Part shown: piece by piece, positions 17,519 to 26,003 of the stretch | How the letters are laid out: each line of letters begins with the position of its first letter | Position numbering within the stretch: position 1 is the stretch's first letter | Source of the DNA: a virus | Strand: one strand, 5' to 3' | IMG/VR virus record: IMGVR_UViG_3300031552_000002 | Location: 11,792-75,791 of that record | Length of the DNA stretch: 64,000 nt | Program-made: the position numbers and the translations under genes | Notes under the pieces: generated by a model | The model's database searches: none | Told to the model about the DNA's origin: nothing | Seen by the model: the letters and a program-made list of their open reading frames with translations, nothing else

Positions 17519-18817
17519 ATGGGCGCCCTGGACGCCATGAGCATCAGCGAGATCACCGGCATTCTGGCCAACGATTATCACCGGCCGCTGCGGGCCCTCG
17601 TCATCACCCAGGGACCCCCCGGGTGCGGGAAAACCACGTGGGCATCCCGCTACGTGGACGAGATCAACAGCACGTATAAGGAAATGGAAACGAGGGCCTT
17701 CAAGGGGCCCTCACGGGACGACCTCCGTGCTCTGCGCGGATACCCGCCCCTGGGGAACACTCAGCAGGAAAGCAAGGTGTCCCAGATCCAGAGAAAGGCC
17801 ATCAGGGGACACTTCAGCTCGTCCTGTAGCAGAAACACTATCGTCGTCATTGACGATACGAACGTCTCCACGATGGCCCTGCACAACATGAAAATCATCG
17901 CCGAGGAGAACAACGCTTTCCTCGTGATCAAGAGATTCGAGGTCCCCCGCGAGGAATGTCTTAGGCGTTGCCGGGATCGCGGGTATCGCCCGATCTCGGC
18001 CTCGGTCTGGGATCTGATCGATTCTCGTCTTGCCGGGCTGGACAACGCCATGATCGCTGAGGCTGTCGTAACAGGTACGAAGATTCAGCTTCCGGTCGTT
18101 CTCCGGGCCCTGGACCGCGCCGGGATCGGGGTCACCGGGCCGTCCCCGGAGAAAGCCCTTGAGGTGCTGCTCTCCCTCGGCTACGGCCAGGAGGATCTCA
18201 TCGAATGGTTCAACGAGCCCTGTGTTGATGACCGGGACAGCTTCGAGGAGTTCTTGTTTCTCAGGATCGGGATTGAGAGGGCACGTAAGGCCCTGGGGGC
18301 AGCACTGCCGATGGTCTCGCCGCCGTCCTGGTTCGTGGAAGCGCACCAGCGCGCACAGGCGGCTGAAGGTGATTCGGTCAGGGACGCGAGCCTTCGCGGC
18401 GTCATCAAGTGGTTCATCCCTTCGTGCCTGGAGGAGGCACGAACAGCCGTCGTCAGGATGGCGTTCGGTCTCCGGCCTGAAGTCCAGGGGCTTCGTGAGA
18501 AGCTCGACGGCTCAGAGACCGCGTGGGGGCAGCTGTGGGGACGGCCTCTCCGAGGGGCGGAGGATGACCGTCTAGCGGTTTTCGCGGTGATGGTCGTCGC
18601 AAGCGCGGAGGGTGATGCCGTCGCGTTCCGACGGAGGGTCGCGGTGGCAGCCCGGATGATCCCTCACAAGGTTGTGAGGGGCGAGGGGACGCTGCCGTCG
18701 GCCTACTGGACGTATACGTCCAGCACCTTTTCTCCTCGGGTCTTCAGCAAGGTCGGGTCTGTGGCGGCGTGGGTCCCGCCGTGCGCTGAGGCCCTGGCCT
18801 CAGTGATCGGATGGTGA
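17519..18817 (+). CDS. AAA_33/polynucleotide-kinase-like N-terminal domain fused to unknown C-terminal domain
   Basis: GPPGCGKTTWA, SRDDLR, VVIDDTN, ECLRR. Confidence 0.75.
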   Translation: MGALDAMSISEITGILANDYHRPLRALVITQGPPGCGKTTWASRYVDEINSTYKEMETRAFKGPSRDDLRALRGYPPLGNTQQESKVSQIQRKAIRGHFSSSCSRNTIVVIDDTNVSTMALHNMKIIAEENNAFLVIKRFEVPREECLRRCRDRGYRPISASVWDLIDSRLAGLDNAMIAEAVVTGTKIQLPVVLRALDRAGIGVTGPSPEKALEVLLSLGYGQEDLIEWFNEPCVDDRDSFEEFLFLRIGIERARKALGAALPMVSPPSWFVEAHQRAQAAEGDSVRDASLRGVIKWFIPSCLEEARTAVVRMAFGLRPEVQGLREKLDGSETAWGQLWGRPLRGAEDDRLAVFAVMVVASAEGDAVAFRRRVAVAARMIPHKVVRGEGTLPSAYWTYTSSTFSPRVFSKVGSVAAWVPPCAEALASVIGW

Positions 18818-18822
18818 TTTCT

Positions 18823-18858
18823 GGGTGGGCCGGTGACACTACGGTGTCACCGGCCCAC
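18823..18858 (+). terminator. Hairpin
   Basis: gtgggccggtgacac-tacg-gtgtcaccggcccac. Confidence 0.6.
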
Positions 18859-18890
18859 ACACTACCCACAGCGCATCTCAGGGATGTACT

Positions 18891-19151
18891 GTGACGGGAG
18901 TGAAACTCTTAACGGCGCAGCAGGTCGTCGATCACCTGGAACGTCACTACGGCAGGAAAGCCCTGCCCCGCACGTGGCGGTCCTACGTCTACCGGGGAAC
19001 AGCGCCACCACCCGACGCGTACGCCACAGTCCGCGGCCTGCTGCTGGACTGGCAATCCCAAGACCTCGGCCCACGACCTACCCCCCTCTGGAGGATAGAC
19101 ACCGTGGACCGGTGGGCCTCGACCCGAGAGAACACCGAGAGGACACCATGA
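18891..19151 (+). CDS. HTH DNA-binding protein
   Basis: LLTAQQVV...TWRSYVYRGTAPPPD...PLWRIDTVDRW. Confidence 0.7.
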   Translation: MTGVKLLTAQQVVDHLERHYGRKALPRTWRSYVYRGTAPPPDAYATVRGLLLDWQSQDLGPRPTPLWRIDTVDRWASTRENTERTP

Positions 19152-19429
19152 AAACGATCCAAGTCCTACACCGGCTTCTGCCGGTACCCCGCGCCGAAAC
19201 CAGCACCACAGCTATCACAGCGGGCGACAGCCCGCCCCTGGCAGCCGGCCTCGCCGAGCTGTACGTGTGCGCGGTCCGCCGCGACTCCCACGCGCAAGCA
19301 GCAGCCGGACGGGTCCTGGCGGAGATTTCCCAGTCCGGGACCCCGGAAGGCTCCTGGCTCTGGGAGCAGGTCCGAGCCGGTGTCACCAGCGACCTCGCCC
19401 GCCGCATCGCCGAGGGGAGGACCTCATGA
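19148..19429 (+). CDS. Hypothetical protein
   Basis: GAGGACACCATG start. Confidence 0.6.
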   Translation: MKTIQVLHRLLPVPRAETSTTAITAGDSPPLAAGLAELYVCAVRRDSHAQAAAGRVLAEISQSGTPEGSWLWEQVRAGVTSDLARRIAEGRTS

Positions 19430-20007
19430 CAGCACCCGGGCTCCGGACCTTGACCTGCCCCGCCGCCGTCAATGCGACGGCGGGCCTGGTCCTCGCTGCC
19501 TCAGGCTCGACCCTCATCGGCGGAGTCTGGGACCAGAATCTTTCCGTCAGACCGCAGTTGCGGTTCACGCCAGCCGGGGGCGTTTCCGAGGCGCGGCTCC
19601 TGGTTCTCGCCGCCGGAGCAGAAACAGCACACCATGACGTGCTCCTCCAGACCGTTGCTGGCCCCGTCGGGGTCGTCTTCGACGATGTCAGCAGCCGCGG
19701 TGACGCTCTGGCCGTGACGTCCAAGACCCTGGAGGAATGGAAGGCCGCGAGCGCTGCCTGTGAGGCCCTGGAAGCCGCCGGTCTGCTCTCCTGGGTCGCC
19801 CGGGTGGCTTTCGGGAGTGATTCCCGCGGCTGGGGGTGGCCTGGTCGCGCTGACGTCTCCCTCACGGTGGAGACGACCGACGGAGATGGTATCCGTGAGC
19901 GCGCCATAGAGGCCCTTACCGGGGCTGTCGGGGACTACCCGGAGGAAGACACCAGCGGGCACCACTGGCGTGTCGGTAACGTCCTGTTGCGGCTGGTGTG
20001 CCCATGA
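19426..20007 (+). CDS. Hypothetical protein
   Basis: ATGA overlap, RBS GGAGG. Confidence 0.6.
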   Translation: MTAPGLRTLTCPAAVNATAGLVLAASGSTLIGGVWDQNLSVRPQLRFTPAGGVSEARLLVLAAGAETAHHDVLLQTVAGPVGVVFDDVSSRGDALAVTSKTLEEWKAASAACEALEAAGLLSWVARVAFGSDSRGWGWPGRADVSLTVETTDGDGIRERAIEALTGAVGDYPEEDTSGHHWRVGNVLLRLVCP

Positions 20008-20243
20008 ACGGCCGGGGCGTTTCCGTGAGGTCCTGCGGTGACCTGAACAGGGCTGCGGTGGCAGCGTTGAGCAGACGCGGTCAGGGGACGGCCTCCCAGG
20101 TCGCGAAAGACGCCGGTCTCACAGAGGGTGGGGCCCTCGTCCTGCTCCGGGCCCTGGTCAGTGACGGGCTGGCGACGGCCTCTCCGACGGCGATGGGGCC
20201 CGGCCCGTATGGCGCCGTGTTCGCCTGGGTAGGCGCGTCGTGA
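20004..20243 (+). CDS. Small winged-HTH protein
   Basis: TASQVAKDAGLT...LRALVSDGLA. Confidence 0.6.
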   Translation: MNGRGVSVRSCGDLNRAAVAALSRRGQGTASQVAKDAGLTEGGALVLLRALVSDGLATASPTAMGPGPYGAVFAWVGAS

Positions 20244-20770
20244 CGCTGACCATCGTGGGCGTGGATCCCGGGGCGCGATGGACCGGTGTCATCGCGAGGC
20301 GGGGCCGTGATCTGTTGCACGGTGTCGTGGTCGAGAACACGGCCGGGGACCGGGTTCCGTACGCGGTAGCAGTGTGCGCGGAGATCCGGAACGGGATCGA
20401 GATCAGCGGCGGGAATGCCGTGGTCGCGGTGGAAGACGTAAGGGCTCCCTGCCCGCACGTGAACCGCCGGAACGGGAGAGCCTTGACGAACCCGGGGCCG
20501 ATCATCGAGACCGGGGTCCTCCTCGGGTGGGTCCTAGCCACGTTCGAGGACGTCGTGGTCGTCCCACCGGGCGGGCACGGGTCGAACCCCCTCATCAGCT
20601 ACCCGGGCGCCCTGGTCACGGCCAGCGAGCACGCTCACATGGTCCGCGCTAAGGCCCAGCTCAAACCAGCACCGCAAAACTCGACCCGGCGGCACCTACG
20701 GTCTGCCTGGGACATCGCGGGGACCCTCACCAGGGTCGGCCGCACACACCTAACGAGGAGGACACAGTGA
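20240..20770 (+). CDS. RuvC-like Holliday junction resolvase
   Basis: IVGVDPG..TG, VAVED, HLRSAWD. Confidence 0.65.
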   Translation: MTLTIVGVDPGARWTGVIARRGRDLLHGVVVENTAGDRVPYAVAVCAEIRNGIEISGGNAVVAVEDVRAPCPHVNRRNGRALTNPGPIIETGVLLGWVLATFEDVVVVPPGGHGSNPLISYPGALVTASEHAHMVRAKAQLKPAPQNSTRRHLRSAWDIAGTLTRVGRTHLTRRTQ

Positions 20771-21198
20771 GTTACTGGGTTGTGGATGTTGACGGGACTC
20801 TCGCAATCAGGTGCCCGGGGGGGCGTGGTCCCTACGAGGAGGACCGGGTGTGGGAAGACCTCCCTAACCTGCCAGTCATTGAGATTGTCCAGGCTCTCAG
20901 GGCGGCAGGGCACCTGATCATTATCGTGTCCGGGCGGCAGGACTCCTGTAAGGAAGAAACTGAGGCGTGGCTGGCGAGACACAGAGTGCAATACAACTCG
21001 GTATACATGCGGAAGGCCGGAGACCGTAGGCATGACTACGAGGTGAAGGGGGAGATCCTAGAAAAGATCTTCCGGGATCACCCGCTGATCGGTGACCCGC
21101 AGGACAACCTGCGAGTCCTGGATGACCGTGATCAATGCGTACGGCTGTGGCGCGACTGTGGCCTGTTCTGCGCTCAGGTCGCGCCGGGGGACTTCTGA
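20767..21198 (+). CDS. HAD-family phosphatase (PNK 3'-phosphatase-like)
   Basis: VDVDGTL, VSGR, MRK.GD.R.D..VK, LDDR. Confidence 0.85.
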   Translation: MSYWVVDVDGTLAIRCPGGRGPYEEDRVWEDLPNLPVIEIVQALRAAGHLIIIVSGRQDSCKEETEAWLARHRVQYNSVYMRKAGDRRHDYEVKGEILEKIFRDHPLIGDPQDNLRVLDDRDQCVRLWRDCGLFCAQVAPGDF

Positions 21199-21623
21199 TG
21201 CCGGGGGAATTCGCGGCAGTGTTCGTGGCCCTGTGGGTCGGGCACCAGGTTGGCGACCACTGGGCCCAGACCGGTCCTCAAGTGATGAAGAAAGGGCTAC
21301 CGGGGTGGGTCGGGCGGTTGGCGTGCAGCAGGCACGTCCTGTCTCTGACGCTGGTGAAGGGTGTCGCGCTGGTCGCGGTCTCCGTTGCCACTGGGTGGCG
21401 TCCTGGCCTGGTGGGGCTGGTGGCTGGTCTGAGCATCGACGCCGTATCCCACTGGTGGGCTGACCGGCGCAGCACGCTGCGGTGGCTGGCCGCTGTCATG
21501 GGTAAGGGGCGGTTCTCCAGGCTGGGGGACCCTATCGCTGCCCCGTGCGGTACTGGGGCCTATGCCCTTGACCAGAGCTGGCACGGATTGTGGATGTTCC
21601 TGGCAGCCCTCATCATCAGCTAG
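21198..21623 (+). CDS. DUF3307-like membrane protein
   Basis: HQVGDHWAQT, SHWWAD, DQSWH. Confidence 0.75.
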   Translation: MPGEFAAVFVALWVGHQVGDHWAQTGPQVMKKGLPGWVGRLACSRHVLSLTLVKGVALVAVSVATGWRPGLVGLVAGLSIDAVSHWWADRRSTLRWLAAVMGKGRFSRLGDPIAAPCGTGAYALDQSWHGLWMFLAALIIS

Positions 21624-21790
21624 CTGTCGCCCGCGGCCGTACTCGACAGGTCCGCGCCTGGCCCCAGGGTGGGGCCTGCACGGTGCAACAGGAGCGGCCC
21701 CACTCCCCGTGACGGGGGGAGTGGGGCCGTTTCTCATCCCGTCCAGGTGAGTGCCCAGGCGCTCGGGCACTCACCTGCCCGCCCCGGATC

Positions 21791-22330
21791 CTATCGGTGC
21801 TGGGCTTGGACCCTTCGTGATCGTGCGCGTGCCTCGTGGAGGTCTACTGCTGCCGACGGCTGGTCCAGGGGCAGGACACCGGTGATATCGAGGCCGGTCA
21901 GGTCAGTGCCCGGCTGGAGGTCCTCCCAGCACCGGGGGCACCATCCCTGCGCCTGGTGGTCAGGCTCATGTGCTGCCCAGGTGAGGACGGTTACGGGGCC
22001 TAGGATTCCCCGGCACCGCTGGCAGGTCAACCACTGGCCTCGGCTGTCCCAAGAGATCCGCGCGGCTTCTGCTGTGGTGATGGGCCGGGGCGGTTCCAGG
22101 TGTCTTGCGCCGTTGTTCCACCAGAGCAGTCCGGTCTCGGTGTGTTCCGGACAGAGGACGTCCGGTGAGGGGTAGGGGGACTCTGCTTCGATGGTGGCTA
22201 TGGTCTGCGCGTCGCAGCCGGGGTGGGTGCAGGTGGCGTGCTGGGTGGGGCCGTTGGCGTGGCGTGCTGCGGGGTTGGTTGTCCAGTCCCGGAGGGCATC
22301 TGTGAGCGCGAGCCAGAGACGGGCGTACAT
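21791..22330 (-). CDS. Hypothetical Zn-binding protein
   Basis: Several CxxC/CxxH pairs. Confidence 0.5.
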   Translation of the reverse strand: MYARLWLALTDALRDWTTNPAARHANGPTQHATCTHPGCDAQTIATIEAESPYPSPDVLCPEHTETGLLWWNNGARHLEPPRPITTAEAARISWDSRGQWLTCQRCRGILGPVTVLTWAAHEPDHQAQGWCPRCWEDLQPGTDLTGLDITGVLPLDQPSAAVDLHEARARSRRVQAQHR

Positions 22331-22348
22331 GGATCTACTAGTAGCAGA

Positions 22349-22388
22349 CCGTAGGCCCTGCCCCGGGATGCTGGGGCAGGGCCTACGG
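22349..22388 (-). terminator. Hairpin terminator, same loop as 611..657
   Basis: ccgtaggccctgcccc-agcatccc-ggggcagggcctacgg on the minus strand. Confidence 0.65.
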
Positions 22389-22405
22389 CGTGCTGGTTAG
22401 ACGTG

Positions 22406-22717
22406 CTACTGCTTGGTGACGTCGAGGGCGATTTTTTCCAGGCTGACCGTGTCGAGGGCTTCGTTGATGATGGTGATGAGGTCGCTGTCAGCGGCCTGGT
22501 TGTCCTCGCTGGTGGTGAAGATCTCTTCCCAGGCGCAGAAGAAAATACCGTCCTTGGCGAGCTGCGCCTGGAGGGCTTCCCGGTAGGTGATGGTGATGGT
22601 TCTCCGTGCGTCGTCGGAGAGTCCGGGGAGGTCGGCGATGACTTCGTCAACGTAGCTGGTGAAGTCGTGGGTGGGGTAAAGCTCATCCCAGTTGCAGATC
22701 TCTCGGGTGGCGCCCAT
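22406..22717 (-). CDS. Acidic hypothetical protein, paralog of 245..604
   Basis: MGATREICNW...YREAL. Confidence 0.75.
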   Translation of the reverse strand: MGATREICNWDELYPTHDFTSYVDEVIADLPGLSDDARRTITITYREALQAQLAKDGIFFCAWEEIFTTSEDNQAADSDLITIINEALDTVSLEKIALDVTKQ

Positions 22718-22793
22718 GGTGTCCTCCTCGTTTGCTGATGTCCATATAGCGTGGTGTGTGTCAACAGGGTAGGCAATACATCCCCTGCCTTGC

Positions 22794-22967
22794 TCAGCCG
22801 TCCGAGAGCTCCGGGCGGTGGCCCTCCTCGTAAGACGAGGTCCACTGGGCGCCGCAGGAGTCACATTCGAATAGGCCAGAGTCGAAGGTGATCTTCCCCT
22901 CGCAATCCAACGCCGGGCACAAATCTTCGTCATCCCAGTCGAGCGCTGGCACGACGCCGGGCCACAT
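22794..22967 (-). CDS. Small Zn-ribbon protein
   Basis: CPALDC...ECDSCG; start uncertain. Confidence 0.4.
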   Translation of the reverse strand: MWPGVVPALDWDDEDLCPALDCEGKITFDSGLFECDSCGAQWTSSYEEGHRPELSDG

Positions 22968-23080
22968 TACGAGTCCTTCACGGCGTCGCTGCCGACGCTG
23001 GGCCGCGGTCTGGTGAGTTCGTCGTCTCGGGTGGCGTTCATGGCGTCCTCCTGGCGTTCTGACAATTACCTGACATCCAC

Positions 23081-23109
23081 ATACTGTCACAACGTGGTGT
23101 GTGTGTCAA
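23081..23109 (-). promoter_or_regulatory. Repeated promoter, copy 6
   Basis: TTGACA-N17-CAGTATGTGGATGTCA. Confidence 0.8.
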
Positions 23110-23123
23110 CTCTGAACAACCAA

Positions 23124-24485
23124 TCACCCCTCCGCCATGTCAACGAACCTCGAATAGTGCCCCTGGAACGCCACCGTCACCGTGTCCGTCGGCCCGTTCC
23201 GGTGCTTCGCCACGATCAGGTCCGCCTCCCCCGCCCGGGGGCTCTCCCGGTCGTAGGCATCCTCCCGGTGCAACAGGATCACCAGGTCAGCGTCCTGCTC
23301 GATAGCCCCCGACTCGCGGAGATCCGACAGCAACGGACGACGATCCGCCCGCTGCTCCGGACCCCGATTCAGCTGGCTCAACGCCACGACGGGTACCCCT
23401 AACTCTTTCGCGAGGAGCTTCAGAGTCCGAGAGAACTCGGAGACCTCCTGCTGCCGGCTCTCCACCCGGCGCCCTGACGTCATGAGCTGGAGATAGTCCA
23501 CGATGATCAGCTTCAGGTCGTTCCGTTGCTTGAGCCTGCGGCATTTCGCGCGGATCTCTGGGAGCGACATGTTCGGGCTGTCGTCGATGAACAGTGGCGC
23601 GTCCTGGAGTTCAGCGATTTTTTCGGCGATCCGTATCCAGTCAGAATCCTCGACGGCCCCGGTACGAAGCTTCTGGAGCCCGACGCGGGCCTGCGCGGAG
23701 AGAAAACGCATGGTGACTTCCTGGGCGCTCATCTCCAGTGAGAACAGCACCGTGGTGAGCTTCGACATGGCGGCCGAGCGTGCGAAGTCGAGGGCGAGGG
23801 TCGATTTTCCGATTGCGGGACGGGCCGCGATCACGACCAGTTGCCCGGGGTGTAGCCCGTGGGTGAGCCGGTCAAGATCCGCAAATCCTGTCGGTATGCC
23901 CTGCATCGTCATATTATGGCATCCTGCCGCCTCGACGATGTCGATGACCTCCTCGACGAGCATCCCGAGGGGCCGACAGTCCGATGCCTGGTTGCGGGCC
24001 CCGGTGGCATCGTCAAGGGCAGCGTGGGCTGCCGTGACCGCTTCCTCAGCAGTCTCGGACGCTGCCCCGGACCGTCGGTGCCCGATCTGGAGGATCCGCG
24101 TCCCCGCCATGGTGAGAGCCCGGAGGGTTGCCGCCGTCCGGACGGCCTCGGCGTAGGACCGTGCCCCCGCCGTCGAGGGGACCTCAGCGATCAGCGTGTG
24201 GAGGTACGCCGGGCCGCCGATCTGGGTGATCTGCCCGGCGTTGACGAGCCGTGACGCCACGGTCACGGGGTCTGCTGGTTCGCCGGCCCCGTACAGGTCC
24301 AGAACCGTGTCATAGATGATCTCGTGTGCAGGGCGGTAAAAATCGTGTCCCCTAAGGACCTCAACGACGTCCGCGATGGCGTCCTTGGACAGCAGCATTG
24401 CTCCGAGGACAGAGCGTTCCGCAGGGTCGTCCTGGGGCGGGGTAGGGGTGTTGGTGTCGTCATAGGTGTCTGTCAGCTCAGTCAA
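23124..24485 (-). CDS. dnaB: Replicative DNA helicase
   Basis: PPQD..AERSVLG, AARPAIGKS, VDYLQL, LSQLNRG, SDLRESGAIEQDAD. Confidence 0.97.
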   Translation of the reverse strand: MTELTDTYDDTNTPTPPQDDPAERSVLGAMLLSKDAIADVVEVLRGHDFYRPAHEIIYDTVLDLYGAGEPADPVTVASRLVNAGQITQIGGPAYLHTLIAEVPSTAGARSYAEAVRTAATLRALTMAGTRILQIGHRRSGAASETAEEAVTAAHAALDDATGARNQASDCRPLGMLVEEVIDIVEAAGCHNMTMQGIPTGFADLDRLTHGLHPGQLVVIAARPAIGKSTLALDFARSAAMSKLTTVLFSLEMSAQEVTMRFLSAQARVGLQKLRTGAVEDSDWIRIAEKIAELQDAPLFIDDSPNMSLPEIRAKCRRLKQRNDLKLIIVDYLQLMTSGRRVESRQQEVSEFSRTLKLLAKELGVPVVALSQLNRGPEQRADRRPLLSDLRESGAIEQDADLVILLHREDAYDRESPRAGEADLIVAKHRNGPTDTVTVAFQGHYSRFVDMAEG

Positions 24486-24543
24486 GGTGTGTCCCTAATC
24501 CGGGCCGTCCGGGGTCCGGTCGGCGGGGGTGGTGTTAGGGGGG

Positions 24544-24759
24544 TCAGTGATTTATTCGGTTGCCACGTCCGGGCCTTACTGCGGCACGAGCACGGACGGT
24601 CTGGGCGGAGTAGAGCGCGAGGGACCCTCCACCGGCAGGAGAGGGGTTCCGGCGGTAGCGGAGGGCCCGAATGCCCAGGCGGCTGAGTGCTGTCCGTGCG
24701 GAGTTCTGGTTGATGCCGAGATAATCCGCGACTTGGCTTACCGTCCATTCTTCCACCAT
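24544..24759 (-). CDS. HTH DNA-binding protein
   Basis: WTVSQVADYLGINQNSARTALSRLG. Confidence 0.7.
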   Translation of the reverse strand: MVEEWTVSQVADYLGINQNSARTALSRLGIRALRYRRNPSPAGGGSLALYSAQTVRARAAVRPGRGNRINH

Positions 24760-24850
24760 GGCTGCCTCGGCTTCTGTTCGTTGGTGTCCTGACAGAACCA
24801 TGATGCCACATCCGTAGCGTTATCGCTCTGGACGTCCCGCAGCGGACCCG

Positions 24851-25429
24851 TCAGACGCTCAACGCACGCCCGACCAGAGCGAACCGGACCCGCAGGTCAG
24901 CAAGCTCACCAGCCACCGTTACAGCCATCTCCAGGCACCGCACAACCTCAGCCATCACCGCCACAGACGGCACCATCTCGCCCGCCTCACGAACACCACG
25001 CAAGGCCGCTTCCAGGGCCGCGACGAAATCGCTCGTGTCACGCTGCGGGCAGGCCGGGAGGCCCGAGTCCAGCCACTCGACCCGGGTCCGCCCACCGTGC
25101 CCATGACAGGCCAGCATGTCCTCCAGAGAGTCCCAGTGCGACAGCGAGGCACGCTCACCTTCCCACTGGAGCGTCACCCGTCCCGATGACCATTCCACGC
25201 CGTCCGCGATATGCCCCACCCCGGAGACACCGGAAACATCCTCGTCGCGGATCAGCCGGAAACGCATCGGCGACGCGACCTCCGCATACGACAGGGTCCG
25301 GACAACAGCATCGCAGGCCCTCACCACGAAACCGGCAGCATCTCTGCTGGGGTTACCGGTCTCAAGTTCTCCTCGGAGACGCTCAATAACACCTATGAGC
25401 GTCTGGAGTTCAACACTGGCCTTGGTCAT
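24851..25429 (-). CDS. Hypothetical protein (conserved actinophage-type domain)
   Basis: RFRLIRDEDVSGVSGVG...HGHGGRTRVEWLD. Confidence 0.7.
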   Translation of the reverse strand: MTKASVELQTLIGVIERLRGELETGNPSRDAAGFVVRACDAVVRTLSYAEVASPMRFRLIRDEDVSGVSGVGHIADGVEWSSGRVTLQWEGERASLSHWDSLEDMLACHGHGGRTRVEWLDSGLPACPQRDTSDFVAALEAALRGVREAGEMVPSVAVMAEVVRCLEMAVTVAGELADLRVRFALVGRALSV

Positions 25430-25627
25430 CTCGTATTCCTCATCCTCAGGTCATTACGTAGCGCCGTTCGCCCGGCTTCCGGCAGGCATGGGGCCGGCAC
25501 ACAGGGCACGGTCTTGGGGAGTCCGGGGCCCAGGGCGCACGAGGGAGCCATCCGACGCCTGGCATGTCGGGGTCAGCCCCGCAATCCGGGTCCTCACAAT
25601 CAGGCATGTCCATGCCCCTATGAAACA

Positions 25628-25930
25628 TTATGTCGATTTTTTAAGCAACCTTCTTTGGGCTCGGTCTCTTGGGGTTGTCCCGCCCCAGATCCCGAAAACC
25701 TCACCAGACCGGAGGGCCCACTCTGCGCATTCCTCTATGACTGGGCAGCTATGGCAGATACGTAGCGCCTCCTGCTGGACGCCTAAGCCATCTCCGTAAA
25801 ACGACTCACAATCCGTTCCGATACAGGCCGCCCGATCACGCCACTCCGCGAATATCTCAAGGCGATTCTCACGCAGAAACACCGCCTGCACGCCCGTAGG
25901 CGACACTCCTGTTCCCTTTCCCATCAGCAA
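25628..25930 (-). CDS. whiB: WhiB-family transcriptional regulator
   Basis: WRDRAAC...ICHSCPV..EC...FGIWGG. Confidence 0.9.
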   Translation of the reverse strand: MLMGKGTGVSPTGVQAVFLRENRLEIFAEWRDRAACIGTDCESFYGDGLGVQQEALRICHSCPVIEECAEWALRSGEVFGIWGGTTPRDRAQRRLLKKST

Positions 25931-26003
25931 CGTTCACCGAAAAGTGGTGGTGCCCACAGAAAAATCCTGCGGGCACCACCACAGACCTTACCTTACTGCC
26001 GTC

